Source: an uncultured delta proteobacterium (lineage in GTDB: Bacteria > Bdellovibrionota > FAC87 > UBA2466). Taken from it: a stretch of DNA of 64,000 bases. Position numbers and translations under genes: made by a program. The notes beneath the pieces are model-generated. The model was not told where the DNA came from and searched no databases. It saw nothing but the letters and a program-made list of their open reading frames with translations. Positions within the stretch are counted from its first letter, which is position 1, and each line of letters starts with the position of its first letter. Location of the stretch: positions 384,001-448,000 of the forward strand of contig CAVZSV010000005.1 in the NCBI GenBank assembly GCA_963778115.1, read 5' to 3'. This document shows, piece after piece, positions 62,420 to 64,000 of this stretch.

Positions 62420-63817
62420 ATGAGTAAAGGAAATGGAAAATCAGAGGCTTCCGATCCCAAGCTTTTTGGCACGGACGGAGTCAGAGGTATTGCCAACCAA
62501 AAGCCCATGACGGGTGAAATCGCGATGGCAATTGGCCGCGCAACCGCTTTTCTGTTCTGCGAAAAAGACAGTCGCGGACTTCCCAAGAATACCAAAGTCG
62601 TCATCGGCAAAGATACCCGCCTTTCAGGTTATATGCTGGAAAACGCCATGGCCGCGGGCTTTTGTTCTATGGGAGCAAAAGTTTATCTAGTGGGCCCTTT
62701 ACCCACCCCCGGAATCGCTTTTATCACCAGAAGCATGCGTGCGGATGCCGGCGTTGTTATTTCGGCCAGTCACAATACCTATCAATACAACGGCATTAAA
62801 ATTTTCGACAGACACGGCTTGAAACTGCCTGATCAAAAAGAAAAAGAGATCGAGCTCGCAATGTATTCCGAAGAGCTCGATAAATTTCGCCCCACCATGG
62901 AATTTATCGGTAAGGCCACCCGTATCGATGATGCGATGGGACGCTATATTGTCTACGTCAAAAACACCTTTCCCGACGAACTTACTTTAGATGGCATTCG
63001 GGTGGTTCTCGACTGCGCAAACGGAGCCGCCTATAAAATCGCCCCCATCGTCTTTTCCGAATTGGGCGCTGAAGTATTTGCCATCAATTGCTCTCCGAAC
63101 GGACAGAATATCAACGAACAGTGCGGGGCGGTCTATCCTCAAACGATGTGCAAAGCGGTTCACGAACACCGCGCTGAAATTGGAATCGCGCTCGACGGAG
63201 ATGCCGACAGAGTCATTCTCTCCGATGAAAATGGCGAGATTGTCGATGGCGATCACATTATGGCTATTTGTGCCTTAGACATGATTAATCAAGGAACACT
63301 TAAAGAAAAGACCCTGGTCACTACTCCCATGAGCAACATGGGACTTGAAGTGGCTCTTAGAAAAGCCGGCGGAAAGATCCTAGTTGCCCCCGTGGGAGAT
63401 CGTTACGTCGTAGAGACCATGATCAAGAAAGGACTTAATTTAGGGGGAGAGCAGTCGGGACATGTGGTCTTCTTAGAACACAATACGACCGGCGACGGCA
63501 TGATTGCAGCCCTTAGAATTCTCTCCATCATGAAGCGTACGGGAAAGCGTCTCTCTGAATTAAAGCAACAAATGACTCAGTATCCGCAGGTTTTGGAGAA
63601 CGTGATCGTTCGTACTAAAGAAGACTTTAAGCAGCATCCCAAGATCCTTGAAGCCATCAAAAAAGTAGAGACGGCTTTGGGTGATAACGGAAGAGTCTTT
63701 GTCCGGTACTCGGGAACCGAGCCCTTGGCCCGCGTTATGGTCGAAGGCGAAGACTTTCAGAAAATTAACGAGTACGTCAAGGAGATAGCCCATTCCATCC
63801 GCAGCCAATTGGGATGA
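62420..63817 (+). CDS. glmM: phosphoglucosamine mutase
   Basis: [35 protein letters not shown]. Confidence 0.97.
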   Translation: MSKGNGKSEASDPKLFGTDGVRGIANQKPMTGEIAMAIGRATAFLFCEKDSRGLPKNTKVVIGKDTRLSGYMLENAMAAGFCSMGAKVYLVGPLPTPGIAFITRSMRADAGVVISASHNTYQYNGIKIFDRHGLKLPDQKEKEIELAMYSEELDKFRPTMEFIGKATRIDDAMGRYIVYVKNTFPDELTLDGIRVVLDCANGAAYKIAPIVFSELGAEVFAINCSPNGQNINEQCGAVYPQTMCKAVHEHRAEIGIALDGDADRVILSDENGEIVDGDHIMAICALDMINQGTLKEKTLVTTPMSNMGLEVALRKAGGKILVAPVGDRYVVETMIKKGLNLGGEQSGHVVFLEHNTTGDGMIAALRILSIMKRTGKRLSELKQQMTQYPQVLENVIVRTKEDFKQHPKILEAIKKVETALGDNGRVFVRYSGTEPLARVMVEGEDFQKINEYVKEIAHSIRSQLG

Positions 63818-63829
63818 ACTTGCACTTTT

Positions 63830-64000
63830 ATGCTACCGTTACTTTCTTCTCAGCAAAGTCGGGAGTGCGACAAATACACGATTGAAACCTTAGGGATTCC
63901 AGAGCTTGTTCTGATGGAACACGCGGCTTTGGGGGTAACCCACGCTCTGGAGCAGCGATTTCAAAAGCTTTTACCCGACACGCGCGGTGTAATTCTAGCC
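63830..64000 (+). CDS. nnr: NAD(P)H-hydrate epimerase/dehydratase, N-terminal part (runs off window)
   Basis: MLPLLSSQQSRECDKYTIETLGIPELVLMEHAA matches the YjeF N-terminus; not in the ORF track. Confidence 0.8.
   Translation, partial: MLPLLSSQQSRECDKYTIETLGIPELVLMEHAALGVTHALEQRFQKLLPDTRGVILA

Overview
Bacterial chromosome segment of a Gram-negative (Kdo/heptosyl transferases), probably Bdellovibrionota/Oligoflexia-like or other deltaproteobacterial-type organism; this is inferred from the tilS-ftsH-cdaA-cdaR-glmM-nnr order and the style of secreted proteins. Bases 1-14.6 kb form a plasticity zone at the 3' end of a tRNA-Met(CAT). It holds a decayed tyrosine recombinase, a ~128-bp element just downstream of it that recurs at 3.5 kb and (collapsed) 4.8 kb, a 46-bp exact recombinase fragment at 8.8 kb, and secreted cargo genes. 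The most striking cargo is two paralogous modules, each a ~55-aa lipoprotein ending in a conserved M(K/R)(I/V)YRG(I/V)S strand, followed by a large signal-peptide protein with a shared N-domain and a different NHL tip. One large protein has a Cys-rich tail plus an in-frame silent spare tail. Next come an IS1202-like IS with a 16-bp target duplication, yebC, several glycosyltransferases, ribD-ribE-ribBA-ribH, a sigma54 activator, rpmB, waaA, a GT9, argS (aberrant HIGH motif) and suhB. A 5245-aa lipoprotein (18 alternating FN3 domains, Ig-like stalk, about 5 kelch propellers) follows a perfect 33-bp inverted repeat. The window ends with tilS, ftsH, cdaA, cdaR, glmM and a partial nnr. All calls come from reading motifs by eye; no database searches were run.
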